A DNA stretch of 64,000 nucleotides from Octopus sinensis (GCF_006345805.1 NC_043005.1:62744001-62808000); one strand, 5' to 3'; shown: positions 13,051 through 27,108, counted from the first letter of the stretch. Notes: a model not told the origin generated them from the sequence alone. Translations and numbers: made by a program.

Positions 13051-15094
13051 CATTTTCTTTTTTCTCTTTCAACTACGAGAATAGTTCACTTATTTTCTCT
13101 CTATTTGAATTGGGAAGGAGTACAAGGTATTGTTTCTTGCTTAATGTAAAGCATAGGGTGAAAGTTTAAATCTAGTTAAAGTTTAGTATTCTCTACTGTA
13201 TTTATGAACAAAATTTTTTCTTTCTCCCATCATTGTTATAAATCTCCAATATAAAGCATAGGGTGAAGGTTGTTTTAGTAGCTAGAATTTGGAAAACCAT
13301 CCAAACATTAAATCAAAATAGTGAATGTGGAATGCATAACTGATATAAGTTATGGAGAAAAGCAACATTTCGTTATTATGTAAGCAACTGGATTTATAAG
13401 TGCATTTCATGCATACTACATATACTTCGGTTAGATGGTTCCAAACAGAAACTGAAATGAAAGTGTTAATCATAAAATATTTTAGTAGGTAAAGCTGAAC
13501 GAGACAAAATCGAACTGATTTACCAGATGGCTAAGTTTAGATGAAGTGGAACCAACCATAAATACATTCTATATCATATGCTCAGCTGCTAGTATTTATT
13601 ACTATATTTCTGCATCTGAAATGCATAAACTCTGTTCACAGCGTATAGGTCAAAAAGGTTTCCAATTATTTGTTTAAGTCTTTATTATAAATTCATCAAC
13701 ATCATTTGCTTTTGACATTAAAAATAAAATGGGAACATACAAATGGTGTTAGAATTGGGAATATATATATATATATAAAATGTTGCTATATTCAAAGTTT
13801 TCTAGGTTGAAAAATGGTTCTGAGCAGAAAAGTCTAACCTAAATTAGCACAAACTGATAAGCTTTAAATGAAATTATCAAAGCATGAAAATAAATCTAGA
13901 ACTTATAAGAAAAAATATGATGAAATAATTGGTTCTCAGAATAAAGTTAAAAGTAAATAACAATACCCATATGAAAGTTTAAATTTTTATTTATACATTA
14001 TATTATTTTTTAAATGGTTTCTGTTGGGAAAGAATTGTCCATAGCCCTTGAATATTGTCCAAGGCAAGTAAAATCAATACAGTTGATATTTCTGAATGAT
14101 AGTAAGTTGATGACTAGGAAAAAATATGAGCAGAGGAGAAATTCAAGAGGGATGATGTTCTGGGGAAAGCAAAAATTGGAGATGTTTTCAGAGTAGGTTG
14201 AAGAATAGCGGGTAGTGGAGTGGGCTTGGGTGGAGATGATATGACACCAGGTAGCCTAGGGAGCAAAGACCATTGTAAAAGTGGTAGAAATAGCACATCT
14301 GTGGTCCAGAGTTTAGGTTGGATATTTTGGTGGCTGACTCTATTTCAATTAGTCAATTAGCCCATTTTAGAGCACAGTATAATGCTTTAAATATGCCAAT
14401 CTTTCTAACTAAAAAAAATATTACGATCCCACTTTGTGATTGTATTGTTGATACCAAGAACAAAATCTTTCTATAAAATATGTTTCCAAGAAGACATTCA
14501 AAAGTCAAAATTGCCAGAAGAAAACAGAACAAAAATGCATTAAAAAAATCAGAAAGAAACTACCTAACAATTATATTCATCTAGATAAGAAAATGTCAGA
14601 GTATGTGATATTAGTAAAGACTGATGAAAAAAAAAATGTTTGTTGATGTTAAGAAAAAGTGAAAATAAAACAACTATCATGATAACGACGTGTATTTGGT
14701 ATTTATGATAAGTAACTCAAGCGATAAGGTGTACGTAGAATATTTTAAAGCTCTCACATAAATGTCAATCATAAGTAAAAGTCATATGGATACATTAGCT
14801 GCACATGTTTGAATGTTAGGGAGAAAGAGAGAAGAAAGAGAATGAGAAAAGAAGGTGAGCACAATTGAATATAAGAAAGGTCTGAGCTATACTTATATAC
14901 GTTTTACGCTACATTTTGTGAACAATTGCATCACGGGTTATAGGTTTCCAATGGGCAAATCACTGGTTTACTGCATTTCCAATAATGTGAGTGACAAGAG
15001 AGTATCTGTGTAACTTGGCTGAAATAAATACCACAAGATGGTTTTATATGCCAATAAATTTTTCTCTGACACACAAGCACACAAATATGACAGG

Positions 15095-15260
15095 TTTATA
15101 CAGTTTGTGTGTACTAAATTTCAGTAACAAATCATTGTTCAAGACAAGGATATGATAGCAGACACTTTTGCAAGGTACTGTGTAGCAAAATTGAATCTGA
15201 AATCAGCGGGTTCCAAAGCTGTGAAGTGGAATTGAATCTAAAACCACATGGGTACAAGAT
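15095..15260 (-). mobile_element. Decayed CORE-type SINE, 5' half
   Basis: Similar to the reverse complement of the 8672 and 19840 copies (CCATGTGGTT, CCTTGCAAAAGTGTCTGCTATCATA). Confidence 0.55.
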
Positions 15261-16758
15261 AATTTCCCTAACCCATCCATGTATCCTGTACCCATGTTTT
15301 TGTTTTGTATTATATATATTTTTTGCTAATACATGAGTGAATTCCATTTTAACATCCAGTGCAGGGAATAAGAAATCTAAAATACTCTTGGGAATATATA
15401 TATTGTGTTTAAAATAGAATGTTAGTCTCCAACCAAAATTTTGTAGAAAAAAATAATTTAGCTTCCTTTGATACAATAGAACAAAAAGGAATTTTATCAG
15501 AATACTTGCAGTGGAAAAAAAAGAGAATTATAAATATACTCTAAATAAGAAACTTATTTAGGTGATTTTGCTATAATATATCAAAGATGCATTTTTCTGA
15601 TCAGTTGTGATGTTTTAGCCTTTCGTTTTACTACCATATAAAAACAACGTTTTTCTTTATAATCAACAGAGGGTGAGAATGTCAGATGAAAGGATATAAG
15701 CAATTAGGATTTTGAAATTAAATGCAAGAATAGATGGAAATATATAGAGGCGGTGTATTTTCAGAAAAAAATTGTTAGGAGAAGCGAATGAATATCCTTT
15801 GGGGTAGACTTTAATAATAAGAAACAGTATATCAATACAAAAGCTATTTGCAACAAGTTTGGATAAAAAAATTTATTATAGACAATTTGGCATATCAAGC
15901 AAAATACAGTTCTTTTGAATGAATTGAGTATATTTGTTTACTTTCATAATACTCATAGTTTTATGCTTGTAGTCTTAAACCAAAGTAGAATACACAGTAG
16001 AGAATTGCCTCAAGTTCAAAATATTTCCATAGATGTATTTACCTCCATAAATATTTATATAGTTATCACTTAACTAATCAACACTCTACCTCCAAAAGCA
16101 GTTTAAAAATGAAAAATCCCTACCCTTCACTGCTTGTGGTTACCATAGGAAAGATATAAAGCTGAAAGATTTTAATCCAAAGCACATAGAAGATTATTAT
16201 AAGCAAATCCTTAATTTCATTAGTTTCTGAAATATTTTACAGAGGAAATCAATAAATATCTAAACCAAATTCCTTTTCAGGAATTAAAATTGTAGTCATA
16301 TTTTTAACTGTGGATATTTTGCATGTCTTTGAATATGCATCTGAAGTTCACTGTAAATATAATTTTTTAAAATAGATATATGTGTATCAGTCACTCTACT
16401 GGCATGTGTGTCTTCCTGAAGATGAAAAGATAGATATAAGGAGATAAGAAAGCACTCATGAGGAAAGATAGATAAATTGTGTTATACTTCACATTTTAGA
16501 AAGTTTGTTAAATGTGATTTGAATGTTAATGAAAAATGTTATTTAATTATGATAATAATTTTTATTAGTTTATGAAGACTGCTGCTTAAATTGATAGCAT
16601 GTTGAACTGCTGATTGAAATGCCAGCAATTTGTGCTCTTGCACAGTTGTAAAACCTATCACCCTGAAACACAATTATACAGTTATGGAACTGATAAGGGC
16701 TTACTTAGTTTAATTGCTCAAGATCTACTATTTGAAATCTTCAAGGAGTGATTTTTCT

Positions 16759-17035
16759 TTGGCTGATGCCAGCGCCGCCTTGACTGGCTTCCGTGCCGGT
16801 GGCACGTAAAATGCACCAATCCAACCGTGGCTGTTGCCAGCCTCGCCTGGCACCTGTGCAGGTAGCATGTAAAAAGCACCCCACTACACTCACGGAGTGG
16901 TTGGCGTTAGGAAGGGCATCCAGCTGTAGAAACATTGCCAGATAAGACTGGATGGAGCCTGGGGCAGCCTTCTGGCTTCCCAGATCCCTGGTCGAACCGT
17001 CCAACCCATGCTAGCATGGAGAACGGACGTTAAAC

Positions 17036-17076
<41 letters not shown>
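16759..17076 (+). mobile_element. RTE-type 3'UTR element with (GAT)n tail
   Basis: GC/CpG-rich; GGAGTGGTTGGCGTTAGGAAGGGCATCCAGCTGTAGAAAC...CCAACCCATGCTAGCATGGAGAACGGACGTTAAAC(GAT)n; nearly identical to 39815-40107. Confidence 0.88.
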
Positions 17077-17077
<1 letters not shown>

Positions 17078-18744
17078 ATAATAGTCTATAAAAGTCTGAC
17101 ACATTAATTTAGCCTGTTAAACAATAGTGGGTGTAAAAATATTTAGTTGGTCAGTTATTGTGTCAGCAAGTGTTGTCAAAAGTAAATTTATCTGCTTATC
17201 TGTTTGTTTTTTTTTACATTAACTACTACTTTAACCAAATATAAATGAATAAAATCCATACAAATTGCAAAAAATCCAATATAAAATATGTAGTCAATAA
17301 AATAAAAGAAGCTGATTTAGAAAATAGTTTGATATGAAATCAAATCACTGTGATATGAAGTGAATGGAACCTGTGACACAGATTGATTTAGCTTATACTA
17401 TTGGAACAAAATAACTATACTATAGTAAAATGATGATGTTTAGAGGTGATTTTGTTTATTTTTTTATATGCATACGCAATGTAGGATATTTCAAAATTCC
17501 ATGTAATTAAATGATGGTGAATATAGCAAAAATAATTTGGATAATATCTAAGATATTTGATTTTGAAGGCCAAATAATAATGGTATGTAGTTTATAATAG
17601 ATATTCATTCCTGTATTTAAGTTATTGAAGAGTACAGTTGATAATATTAGTAAGATAGAAGAGTTCAGAATAATAATTATTCTAAAGGCTAAACATGCAA
17701 TATTCTATCTTGTCTGAAATTAACATCATTTATACTCAGTACAAAAAAAAAACAAAACAAAAAAAACCCCACCAGTTTTCCTCAAATTCATATTGAAATG
17801 ATCTTCATAGTGCTTTATATTTTACAAGTTTGCATTAAACTAGCTCTCAGTTAGTTTAATAATATGTTATCAACTTTACAAAATCATTCACTATCATATC
17901 AAGAATCTATTTATCTAGCATTATGATTAGATAAGTGGTTACAGAACTTCACTTATGGTATATGTTCAAATTTGGCATATAATTATATCTTTGTGCCAGA
18001 TAAATTAATCTGCTTTACCTATCTGAAAATGTACATCAGTCTTTGTTTCTGTTAAAATTTATATTATAACTTGCTTAAAGAAGACAAATATTGAAAGTTT
18101 CTGATATACTGAAAATATAGAAAGAACTTAAAATAAAGTATTTTATGTGAACATGTCAGATAAGCCATCTGCATCAAAAACAACAAGTTAGTGTTAGCAT
18201 ATTTAATACGGGGAATATTAAAATCTAACAAGAATTTATTATGTTGTAAGGAAAAACAATATTAGTCACTGGCTTTTATACTGGTTGTTATAGAAAATTA
18301 GAATCGGTTGATATTCATTAGAAATAATTGATGGGTTTTAATGCTTAATGTTTAAAAGAATACTAGTCAGTAAAAATATAATCATAGTTTTGTAAGACTC
18401 ACTAACAATATTGTGGGGAAATATTTAAGATCTTTAGATACTATTTTAAAGATAAGTAAAAGAGTTTCATATAGGAGAATGACTCAAATTTAGGGTATAT
18501 CTGATATTTTTTTAGATTTATCTGTTCAATCAAATATGTATGACATGAAATCAACTACTTATCTATATATACATGCATTATTAAAGAAATTTAGGATATC
18601 GATTAAAATGTTATGGCATTTTATTATGTTAAAGACAGATTAAATTTCTAGAATATTTTGTTTATGATATTTGTTAGATGCTTCCATCTTATGATCAGTA
18701 GTGTTAAACAATCCATGGCTTTTAACAACACATAATCCTTTGGG

Positions 18745-18902
18745 TACAAACATAGCTATGTGGCTTAGAAGTTTGTTTTACAACTAAATGGTCTGAGGTT
18801 TGATCATAGTATAGCACCTAGAGAATGTGTTTCTATCATAGCATCAGGTTGATCAAAGCCTTGTTAGTGAAATTTGGTAAATTGAAATTGTGCAGAAGCC
18901 TG
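18745..18902 (+). mobile_element. Decayed CORE-type SINE, 5' half
   Basis: TAGCTATGTGG...TCAAAGCCTTGTTAGTGAAATTTGGTAAATTGAAATTG...AGAAGCC. Confidence 0.6.
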
Positions 18903-19839
18903 TGAAAGGGCTATTCTTGTTCTTCAGTTGCAGACCTGATGCATCGACTAATTTAACACCCACCTGACCCTTGGGAGTACTTAGCAGAGTTCATTTTCTT
19001 GCAAACATTTGGACCAAAACTCTGATCTGTGTGTAATTTTCTCTCTTCTCCCCATCAGTTTCTGATGCCCTTTAAAAAATGGGTCATGAATGCAGTCTTT
19101 CTTTATCTGATTAACTCATTATGAAAATAAGCATTTCAATGCAAAAAAAAAAATGCTTGGTCATCATAAGTGTCACTAAACCCTTTGATTCAAAAACCAG
19201 ATAACACATATATGCATATGCCTTTCAGTAAACAATGCTGACTAGTTAAGCATGTCAAATAGAATGAAATATTCATGAATGATTGAAAGAAATAAAATAT
19301 TCTAATTGATGAATTATATAACAGTCATCAATGCAATCTACTATTAACTTATTTAAACACAAATATAATAAATATAATTGATACTTTTGCATACATATTG
19401 TTTAAATATAAAATATTCATATCTGTAACATCATTTTTGCCTGTAAAATGTTTATTAATAACTGGAATCAATCCCCAATTGTTTAACAATGAAAGAGCTT
19501 TCACTAATCACTAAGAATATTGTAGTGTGCCAGAGACTGCACCTTCATTAGTTTGTTCCAATGTTTAATTGATCTAACTCAAAAATGCATAAAGATTTAT
19601 GTTAATTGATAGATGATGATAGATTTGGCATACTTATTTCAGTATTGAAAATATTTATAAAACAGATATTCTCTTCTATTCTGTGTCTCTTTGAGAGCTT
19701 TGAGTTTTTAAATCTAATACTGATTAGATTTTTTTTTTATATAAAGAAATCCACCTCAATGTTTCTACTTGGCACAGTTTGAAACAAAGTGTTATGTTAC
19801 ATAGGGAGTCAGTGATAAAATATTAGGTTTAATTAATAG

Positions 19840-20366
19840 ATGCAGGCATGACTGTGTGGTAAGAAACTTGCTTCCCAATGACATGGTTCTGGGTTCAGTC
19901 CTACTGCATGGCATGTAGGGCAAGTGTCTTCTACTTTAGCCTCAGGCCAACTGAAGCACTGTGAGTGGATTTGGTAGATGGAAACTGAAAGAAGCCCATT
20001 GTATTTATATCATCATCATCATCATCATTTAATGTCCATTGCCAAAGGTCTCCTCACCAGTCATAGCCTCTGTGAGGCCCAAAGTTTGGAGATCATGCTT
20101 CACCACCTCGTCCCATGTCTTCCTGGGTCTACACACACACATATGTGTGTGTGTGTTTGTGTGTATCTTTTTGTCTGTGTTTGATCCCCACTACTGCTTG
20201 TCAACTGGTGTTGGTGCATTTATGTCCCTGTAACTTAGTGGCTTGGCAAAAGAGACTGATAGAATAATTACTAGACCTAAAAAAAAAAGAAGGCCAAGGT
20301 CAATTTGTTTGACTAAAACCCCAGCATAACCACAGTCAAATGACTGAAACAAGTAAAAGATAAAAG
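19840..20366 (+). mobile_element. CORE-type SINE with nested RTE fragment (20008-20132, minus strand)
   Basis: Full SINE head and tail; the insert reads RPRKTWDEVVKHDLQTLGLTEAMT then GGACATTAAA(TGA)n on the minus strand. Confidence 0.85.
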
Positions 20367-23264
20367 TAAAGGAGATAATTTAACTAAGAATTTCCAATTG
20401 AATGAGAAATAATTGTGTATTTGAATCTCGTATCAACAGTATTTTAACATTTAAGAATAAAAGGTCAGTTTGTCTGCGTAAAAAATACAAAGTATCTCAT
20501 GCTGAGGATAATCAGTAATAACTGCTTCCAAAAATCTCCACATGTTACTTTGAGGTTTCAATACATTAAAAAATCTTTAATCTGAGAATTTACACATTTA
20601 TACATTTTAAGTTTTCATCTTAAAACATATCTTGTTTAAGGTTATAACCAATTTTGCTGATATCTTTCCTTAGTTTAAATGTAAAATTTTCCTCTAGATT
20701 ACAATAACAAAATTTGTTTTTCCCAAAATGCTCTTTGTTTGTGTTATGTTGTGCATTTCCCACTTTAATAACATTAAAACACACACACACACACATACAA
20801 AAAAAAGTAAATAAAATAAAGCTACAGTTGCAACTTCAAAAAGTGTACTTCTGGATGATTTGAAAATATATCATGTGAAAAATTTCAAAAGTTAACCTCT
20901 GTTATTCCAAACAACAAGAGTATATTAGGCAAAAATTATACCAAGAAGTTTAAGGCAATGAGTAAATTATTCAAGGACATCAAATACTATACCTGAATTT
21001 TGATATATTTTGAAAGGTTTTCAGAATTTCTGCCCCATCAATGAAAATAAAATTTTACAATCAGTATCACCTAATAGATAATTGCTCCTGTATCAAAAGA
21101 GCCTCCAATACTTTTGATTTTCAATAGCCTTTCTAGATCATAGTAAATGCAACAATATTATTGAAAAACTTTAAAAACCACTTATTTCAGGTAACGAGTA
21201 CAATATGTATTTTTTCGCATGTATTCTTTTTGTTATTATAAACTACATCACCAATACCATATTGCTGCCTCACTGTTTTTGATTCTGATCCACATCTGAT
21301 CACATCTGTTCCATATTTTCAAAATCTGAGTTCATATAATTTTCTCATCTATCAAGTTAGTAGAGCATTTTTGTTTTTCTTGATTACTGACAAACCAACA
21401 AATCTTCAAACATGCCCCAGAATTAACTTCAGTTGTAACAAAATTAGGACTGAATTTATCTTTTAGTATCTGGATAAATGGAATTAACTGCATGCTACAT
21501 ATCCTATGACAGAGACATTCAGACGCACCTTATATCTCTCACTTCAAAACATTTGTAATGAGACAATCAGTGATAATTATCTCTCACAACACCCTAAACT
21601 TCTCAAATGATCTCTTAAATTTAGTCAATTTCTCTTTCTTCCTATCCCCCTTTCTTCTTTGTAAACTTCAATGTAACTCATTAAAAGCAAGATTTACTTG
21701 CAATCTCATTTTGTAATATGAAGCTGATAAAACTATGGTGAAATCAAGACTTGATATTGGTAGTCTTTAGCAAAGTATCAGCGACAAACATCCTGGATAA
21801 ACTTCAATTAAACTACATTAGATACTAGTAACTTAAGTCTGAGTATTTCTCACTTGCAGGACCATATAATCTCCTATCAGTGTCATTATCTCAATCTGCC
21901 ATGAATTCTGATGTTATCTACACTTTCTCAGGTTTATTTTCTCTTCCTCATCAATTATTTTCAGTAAATTGCCATTAATCCTATTGACTACTTGGTTGAT
22001 AACATAATTCTATATTTCTCAACATCTTCTCAATGGAATGACAATAAATATTACACTGTGTTGACAATATTATAGATAATTAGTCTATCAACTCAGCAAA
22101 AAAGAAAAGTAAAATTGCTTCAAGCAATACTTAAACCATGTAGCAAGGGCAAAAATTTAAATATAGTAAGGCATTTAGTTCTTGTTCTATTAGTTTATTT
22201 ATTTCTATCATTACAATTTTTCAAAGATTTGAAGAAAATATTCTTTGAGTGAAAATTTTAAACAGAACATCATGTTTCTAAAAGCATTAGGACAGTTATA
22301 TAAGGTAATAGAGAGTATTGGTATTTGAAGTTAATTATTTGTTTTCATGTGCATCATATGCTTAATCTTGTTTCCATGAACAAAGAAAATAATGAATCAA
22401 TAATTATAATGAAAATTGCTAATGAACTTACAAATTTGAAGAGCTTTGAAAATGAAAACACTTCAAATGTAATTATATTTATTGACGGGTAATACACAAT
22501 TGGACACCAAGTGTATGTTTACATTTTAAACAAAGTGACACATGAACAAGAAAGAAATTTGAGCTACATTTATATTGATATTTTGGTTCAATGACCACTG
22601 TGCTAAGTGTCCATAACAAAATTCACTTTTCCCATTAGAATCTTTACATAAGTTAATATTTACTTTTGAGAGTTTTTAAAATTTAAGTATATGTCTACTT
22701 TGTATCCTACCTTTGCATTTTGGGTGAACTTTGATTTGACTGTAAAATCTCTTCTAAAATATTTAACATAGAGAAGTAGTGAAGCCTGTTCTGATTTCTT
22801 CAGATTCTTTTACATGTGTCTGTTTACATATAATTTATAGAGATCAGTATATTGAGATCATTTATTCTCTTTCATATATATATATATACTATGTCTATAT
22901 ATTCCATTGTTTTTCAAAGTGTCAGCTTGAAATTTGGTTTACACCAAACAGATTTTGGATATATCTAAAACCAAAACATTAAAAAATCATAATACAAGTT
23001 TCTTAAGAAATATAGAGAGCAAAATATAGTAAAATATATAAAAATGGCTTCTATTCCTAAAGAGAAGGAATAAATCTTATCATTCTTCTAAACTGTATCA
23101 TAAGATAAATTCTAAATGGCTTTAAATTTGTTAAGCTTCAAAATCATGTGGTATAGAAAAATGTATTTTTACAACACTTAGACAAGCATTGAAAGAAAAT
23201 GATACTGATTTCCACCTTAAACATGGCTAGTTACAGATATGGATAGGTGCAGCTATGGACTCAT

Positions 23265-23430
23265 GAAGGTATAGCTGTATCGTTGAGAAGTTTGCATTGC
23301 ATCCATGCAGTAGCAGTTTCAATGCAATTGCAGGGAATCTTGGCTAAGTGTCTTCTACTACAACTCCAGGCAGACCAATGCCTTGCAATAAATTTGTCAG
23401 ATGGAAACCATAGGATGTGCATTGAATGAA
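23265..23430 (+). mobile_element. Decayed CORE-type SINE, 5' half
   Basis: CTTGGCTAAGTGTCTTCTACTAC...GACCAATGCCTTG...ATTTGTCAGATGGAAAC. Confidence 0.6.
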
Positions 23431-23520
23431 CATATGTGTGTGTGCATGTGCATGCATGCATGTGTGAGTATATATGTAAAAATGTGTGTGTATATAGTAC
23501 CAGTAAGTAATGATACTAAT

Positions 23521-23947
23521 CATTACTGTTTAGTATTGCTACTACTGGTATCCCTTTTAGAGATTTTAGAACTTGCTATTTTAGCTTGTTGCAAGATCAG
23601 CAACTGATTGTCACTTGTTTGGTTATATATTTTAAGTTAGGATGAATGACTGCCATCTCTAGCAGGCAAGCATCCAGTACTGTGGACAGGAAGGAACCCA
23701 GAAACCAGATTGGTCTACTGGTCTTCTCATGTTGGAGGGGATTGGTTCACTCCTTTACTGGCAATATATCAGACACAGGTTGCATGTCATTAACTAGCAG
23801 GAAAAGATGTTTTCCTGAGGTTAAAACATAGTAATATAATTCTGAATGGAACAACCACGTCAAAGTGGCTACAAACATTACTGTTTAGTATCGTTACTAC
23901 TGGTATCTCTTTTAGAGATTTCAGAACTGGTTACTTTAGCTTGTTGT
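23521..23947. repeat. ~70-bp direct repeat pair (23521-23591 and 23877-23947)
   Basis: CATTACTGTTTAGTAT.G.TACTACTGGTATC.CTTT..AGAGATTT.AGAACT.G.TA.TTTAGCTTGTTG occurs twice. Confidence 0.9.
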
Positions 23948-24849
23948 GTATATATAAATATGGATTTGAGTGCCTCTGTATGTGTGTAGAAATTTGCATG
24001 ATTAATGATATTCTACATTGTCCCCACTTGAGTTGAAACAATGTCCTTTGGTACAAAAAAGATCCTTTGACTTTATTGAAAAACAGATGAGTGTTGACAA
24101 CAGAAAGAGCATCCAACCATAAAATCCAGTTTTAAGGAATTCTTCCATTTAAGCCATTCTAGCATGAAAAACTAGATGTTAAACAAATGACTATTAACAT
24201 AAGGTCACAAGTTTGTAGGGGACATGTACAATCACCTGAATGAGCTACAGTTTAAAACTAATAGCTCCAGTAAGATAAAAGTTAGCATTAACTTTAACAG
24301 GATTTTTACCTCAGAATGCAAACGACAAAATTAAATATTAAGAAGGACTTAGTTCTGAACTGTACCATACTTATCCATACCATATCTATCCATTTGTCAT
24401 TCTTTGCAGAAATATTCAGATCATGAATGTAAAACTAAAACATTTACATTAAAACAAAAACAGTGTTATATACACAAAGTTTTTGCTGTTAATTTATTCC
24501 AAATTATTATATTTTAATCTATGCCTTCGAGAAATTTAAAAGTAAATAATATAAGATATTTTGCTTTGGAAAAAGCATAAAAAATCAAGAGAGATTTTTT
24601 TCCTTCAAACATATCAAGAGATCACTGATATAGTAGCTTACTCTTAAATCCTGTGTATATTATCTAACAACAACAACAACAACAATACTAATAATAAGCT
24701 TAGGGAGAGGAAGTGCCTAAGCTTTCAGTCTCTTATCCTTCACTAGCCCTAGGATGCTTGGCAAGTGATTGTAACAAACATGCAGATTAAAAGTAAACTA
24801 TAGAAATATAATTTTAGCAATAAACCTGACTGCATTTGCAGCAGTCTGG

Positions 24850-26012
24850 CATGGAGATGGAATTTTGAAGTAGACAGAGGATGAGCTAAAGGAATTGGAC
24901 AGGAACACAAGAAAGCTCGTAACAATGCAAAGAGCCCATCATCCATGTGCAGACACAGATTGCCTATACATGAAAATAGCTAATGTAGGAAAGGGACTGA
25001 TAAGTGTGGAAGACTGTGTGCATATCAAACTCAGGAGCTTGCAGAGATACTTAGCCCAAACTAAGGAACCTTGCTAGTGTTAGTTAGGGATGAGGGCATA
25101 TGGAAAGTGGAGAAAAAGGGGGGAAAATGTAACAAGAAGTACAAAAACGATATGAAGAAGCACTACATGATAAAAGACTTCACAGTCAGATTCATGTAGT
25201 AACAACTGAAGTTGCTGGGAAACATAGGTGGGATTGGATGAAGAAAAGAGCACTGAAAAGAGAGATAAGAGCACAATACTGACAATTTTGGCCACAGATT
25301 GGAGGGTCAACCTTGGGAATGAGCAAGTGTCTCCACCATGATACATCTGTGATAGAGTGGACCAGACTGATTGTCACTTGTTTGGTTATATATTGCCCAT
25401 ATCACGAACAAATGCCCTAGAGTCACTCAAAAACAACTATAAGCTGTGATAATATGATGAGGTAGTGAAAGTGCTACATTGGAAACTATATAAAAGTGGG
25501 GTTTAGAGAGAGGCAAGACATGGTATGAACACGAACTGAAGAGAGTAGTGGTGTTGAAGATCTGCATTATCCTGTGGGATTTCCTAATCCAAACAGATCA
25601 AGTGCTAGAACGCAATGAGACAAACCTAGTAGTGGTGGACAATGTTAACATGTGCTATACAATTGATGAGGTGTGCTCCTTTGACCCACAAATAGTCAAG
25701 AAGGAAGGCACAAAAGTAGATATATACAATCCTCTTAAGTACGAAACAGCCTGGTTATGGAAAATGAAGATGGTGAAGATAGTGTCAGTTAGATGCTTGG
25801 GGATAGTAGCAGAATGCATCAAGAGGAATATAAAGGAAATCAGAATAGAGTGCCCAGTAGAGCTGTTACAAAAGGTTTGCCTCTTTAGCACAGCAAGAAT
25901 AATTAGGAAAGTATTAGATAACTGAGAACAAATTACATGGTACTGTACACTGCAGGTAGCAAGCCTGTTACACTTGCCAGACTTCTAGGAGTTCCAACAA
26001 AACCTGCATTAA
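24850..26012 (+). mobile_element. R4/Dong-like non-LTR retrotransposon 3' part (zinc knuckle and restriction-like endonuclease), decayed
   Basis: DRNTRKLVTMQRAHHPCADTDCLY..GKGLISVED; decayed CCHC (ICDRVDQT-IAHITNKCP); ILWDFLIQTD...IDEVCSFD...KVDIYNPLKYE...LQKVCLFSTARIIRKVL. Confidence 0.88.
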
Positions 26013-26017
26013 AAGGA

Positions 26018-26310
26018 ATCATCATCATCATCGTTTAACATCCGCTTTCCATGCAGGCACTGGTTGGATGGTTTGACTGAGAGCTGGGGAGCCAGAAGGT
26101 TGCACCAGTCTCCAATCTGATCTGACAAAGCTTCTAGAGCTGGATGCCCTTCCTAACACCAACCACTTCAAAAGTGTAGTGGGTGTTTTTATGTGCCACC
26201 AGCACGAAGGCCAGTCAGGTGGTACTGGCATCAGCCATGCTCAAATAGTGCTTTTTACATGCAACCTGCACAGGAGCCAGTCCAGTGGCACTGGCAATGA
26301 TCACGCTCGA
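26018..26310 (-). mobile_element. RTE-type 3'UTR element with (GAT)n tail
   Basis: Reverse complement of the 16759 family (GCTGGATGCCCTTCCTAAC); sits at the 3' tail of the R4/Dong-like element. Confidence 0.85.
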
Positions 26311-26449
26311 ATATTAACAATAATGATACTGATGATGATGGCAATGATGATGATGCTGCTACTGATGATGATGGTTCAGTACTAGGCAGTGGTTCTCATT
26401 GTTTCTAAACTTAACTGAGTGGAAGTGTTAACATGTAAATGTTTTTGAC

Positions 26450-26920
26450 TTGGAGTAAAAATGGGCTACAGTAAATATTCTGCTCAAAACCACAGATCTG
26501 CTTATCAGTTGCTTGGCCATAACCAGTTGAGCATGTCTTTTAGTGGCTGACAATATGTGCATCTCTGATCACGAGCAGAAGTAGGGGGGGGGCAATATAA
26601 CCATGTATTGTGAGGAATTCTCTGGTGTTTGCATAATTCACCTCTGGAAACATGAGTGTTTCGTTCATCATCCTTAGACAACTCTTATTCAGGTACCTTA
26701 TTCAGGATGGGCTGCTCAATCTGAAGAAAAGTCTAACTGAGCCCCACCTGCAAGGTCATGTGCTGTTTATCTTGATATGAGATCCCTATATTGTGCCCAT
26801 ATGGCTGTAATGTATGTTCCTGGTGTCCCCTTATCAGCTGGCTAGTCTCGTTGGGTATATTGGGTGTCATATGTTTGTACCCAGCATCACTTTGATGGTG
26901 TGGACTGCTCTCTCACTCAA

Positions 26921-26924
<4 letters not shown>
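26450..26924 (+). repeat. Unclassified interspersed repeat, probably a non-LTR 3'UTR ending CTCTCTCACTCAATAAT
   Basis: Higher-GC block ending in a short TAA-type tail; single copy in the window, so family status is inferred. Confidence 0.45.
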
Positions 26925-26966
<42 letters not shown>

Positions 26967-27069
26967 TTGAGTGAGAGAGCAGTTCACACCATCAAAGTGA
27001 TGCTGAGTACAAACATATGACATATGCTGGGTACAAACATATGCTGGGTACAAACATATGCTGGGTACA

Positions 27070-27071
<2 letters not shown>
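26865..27071. repeat. 158-bp palindrome centred on (TA)n followed by three 17-bp tandem repeats
   Basis: Arms 26865-26926 and 26961-27022 have 2 mismatches; then (CATATGCTGGGTACAAA)x3 at 27021-27071. Confidence 0.95.

Positions 27072-27108
<37 letters not shown>

Noticed and set aside
16890-17102. Poly-His ORFs (also 19978, 28647)
   Set aside because: Translations of the (GAT)n/(CAT)n retroelement tail.
21000-22050. Strand-skewed block resembling an ancient LINE on the minus strand
   Set aside because: No motif could be read with confidence.
27021-27071. Short direct-repeat array as a possible CRISPR
   Set aside because: No spacers, eukaryotic context, and derived from the adjacent palindrome.
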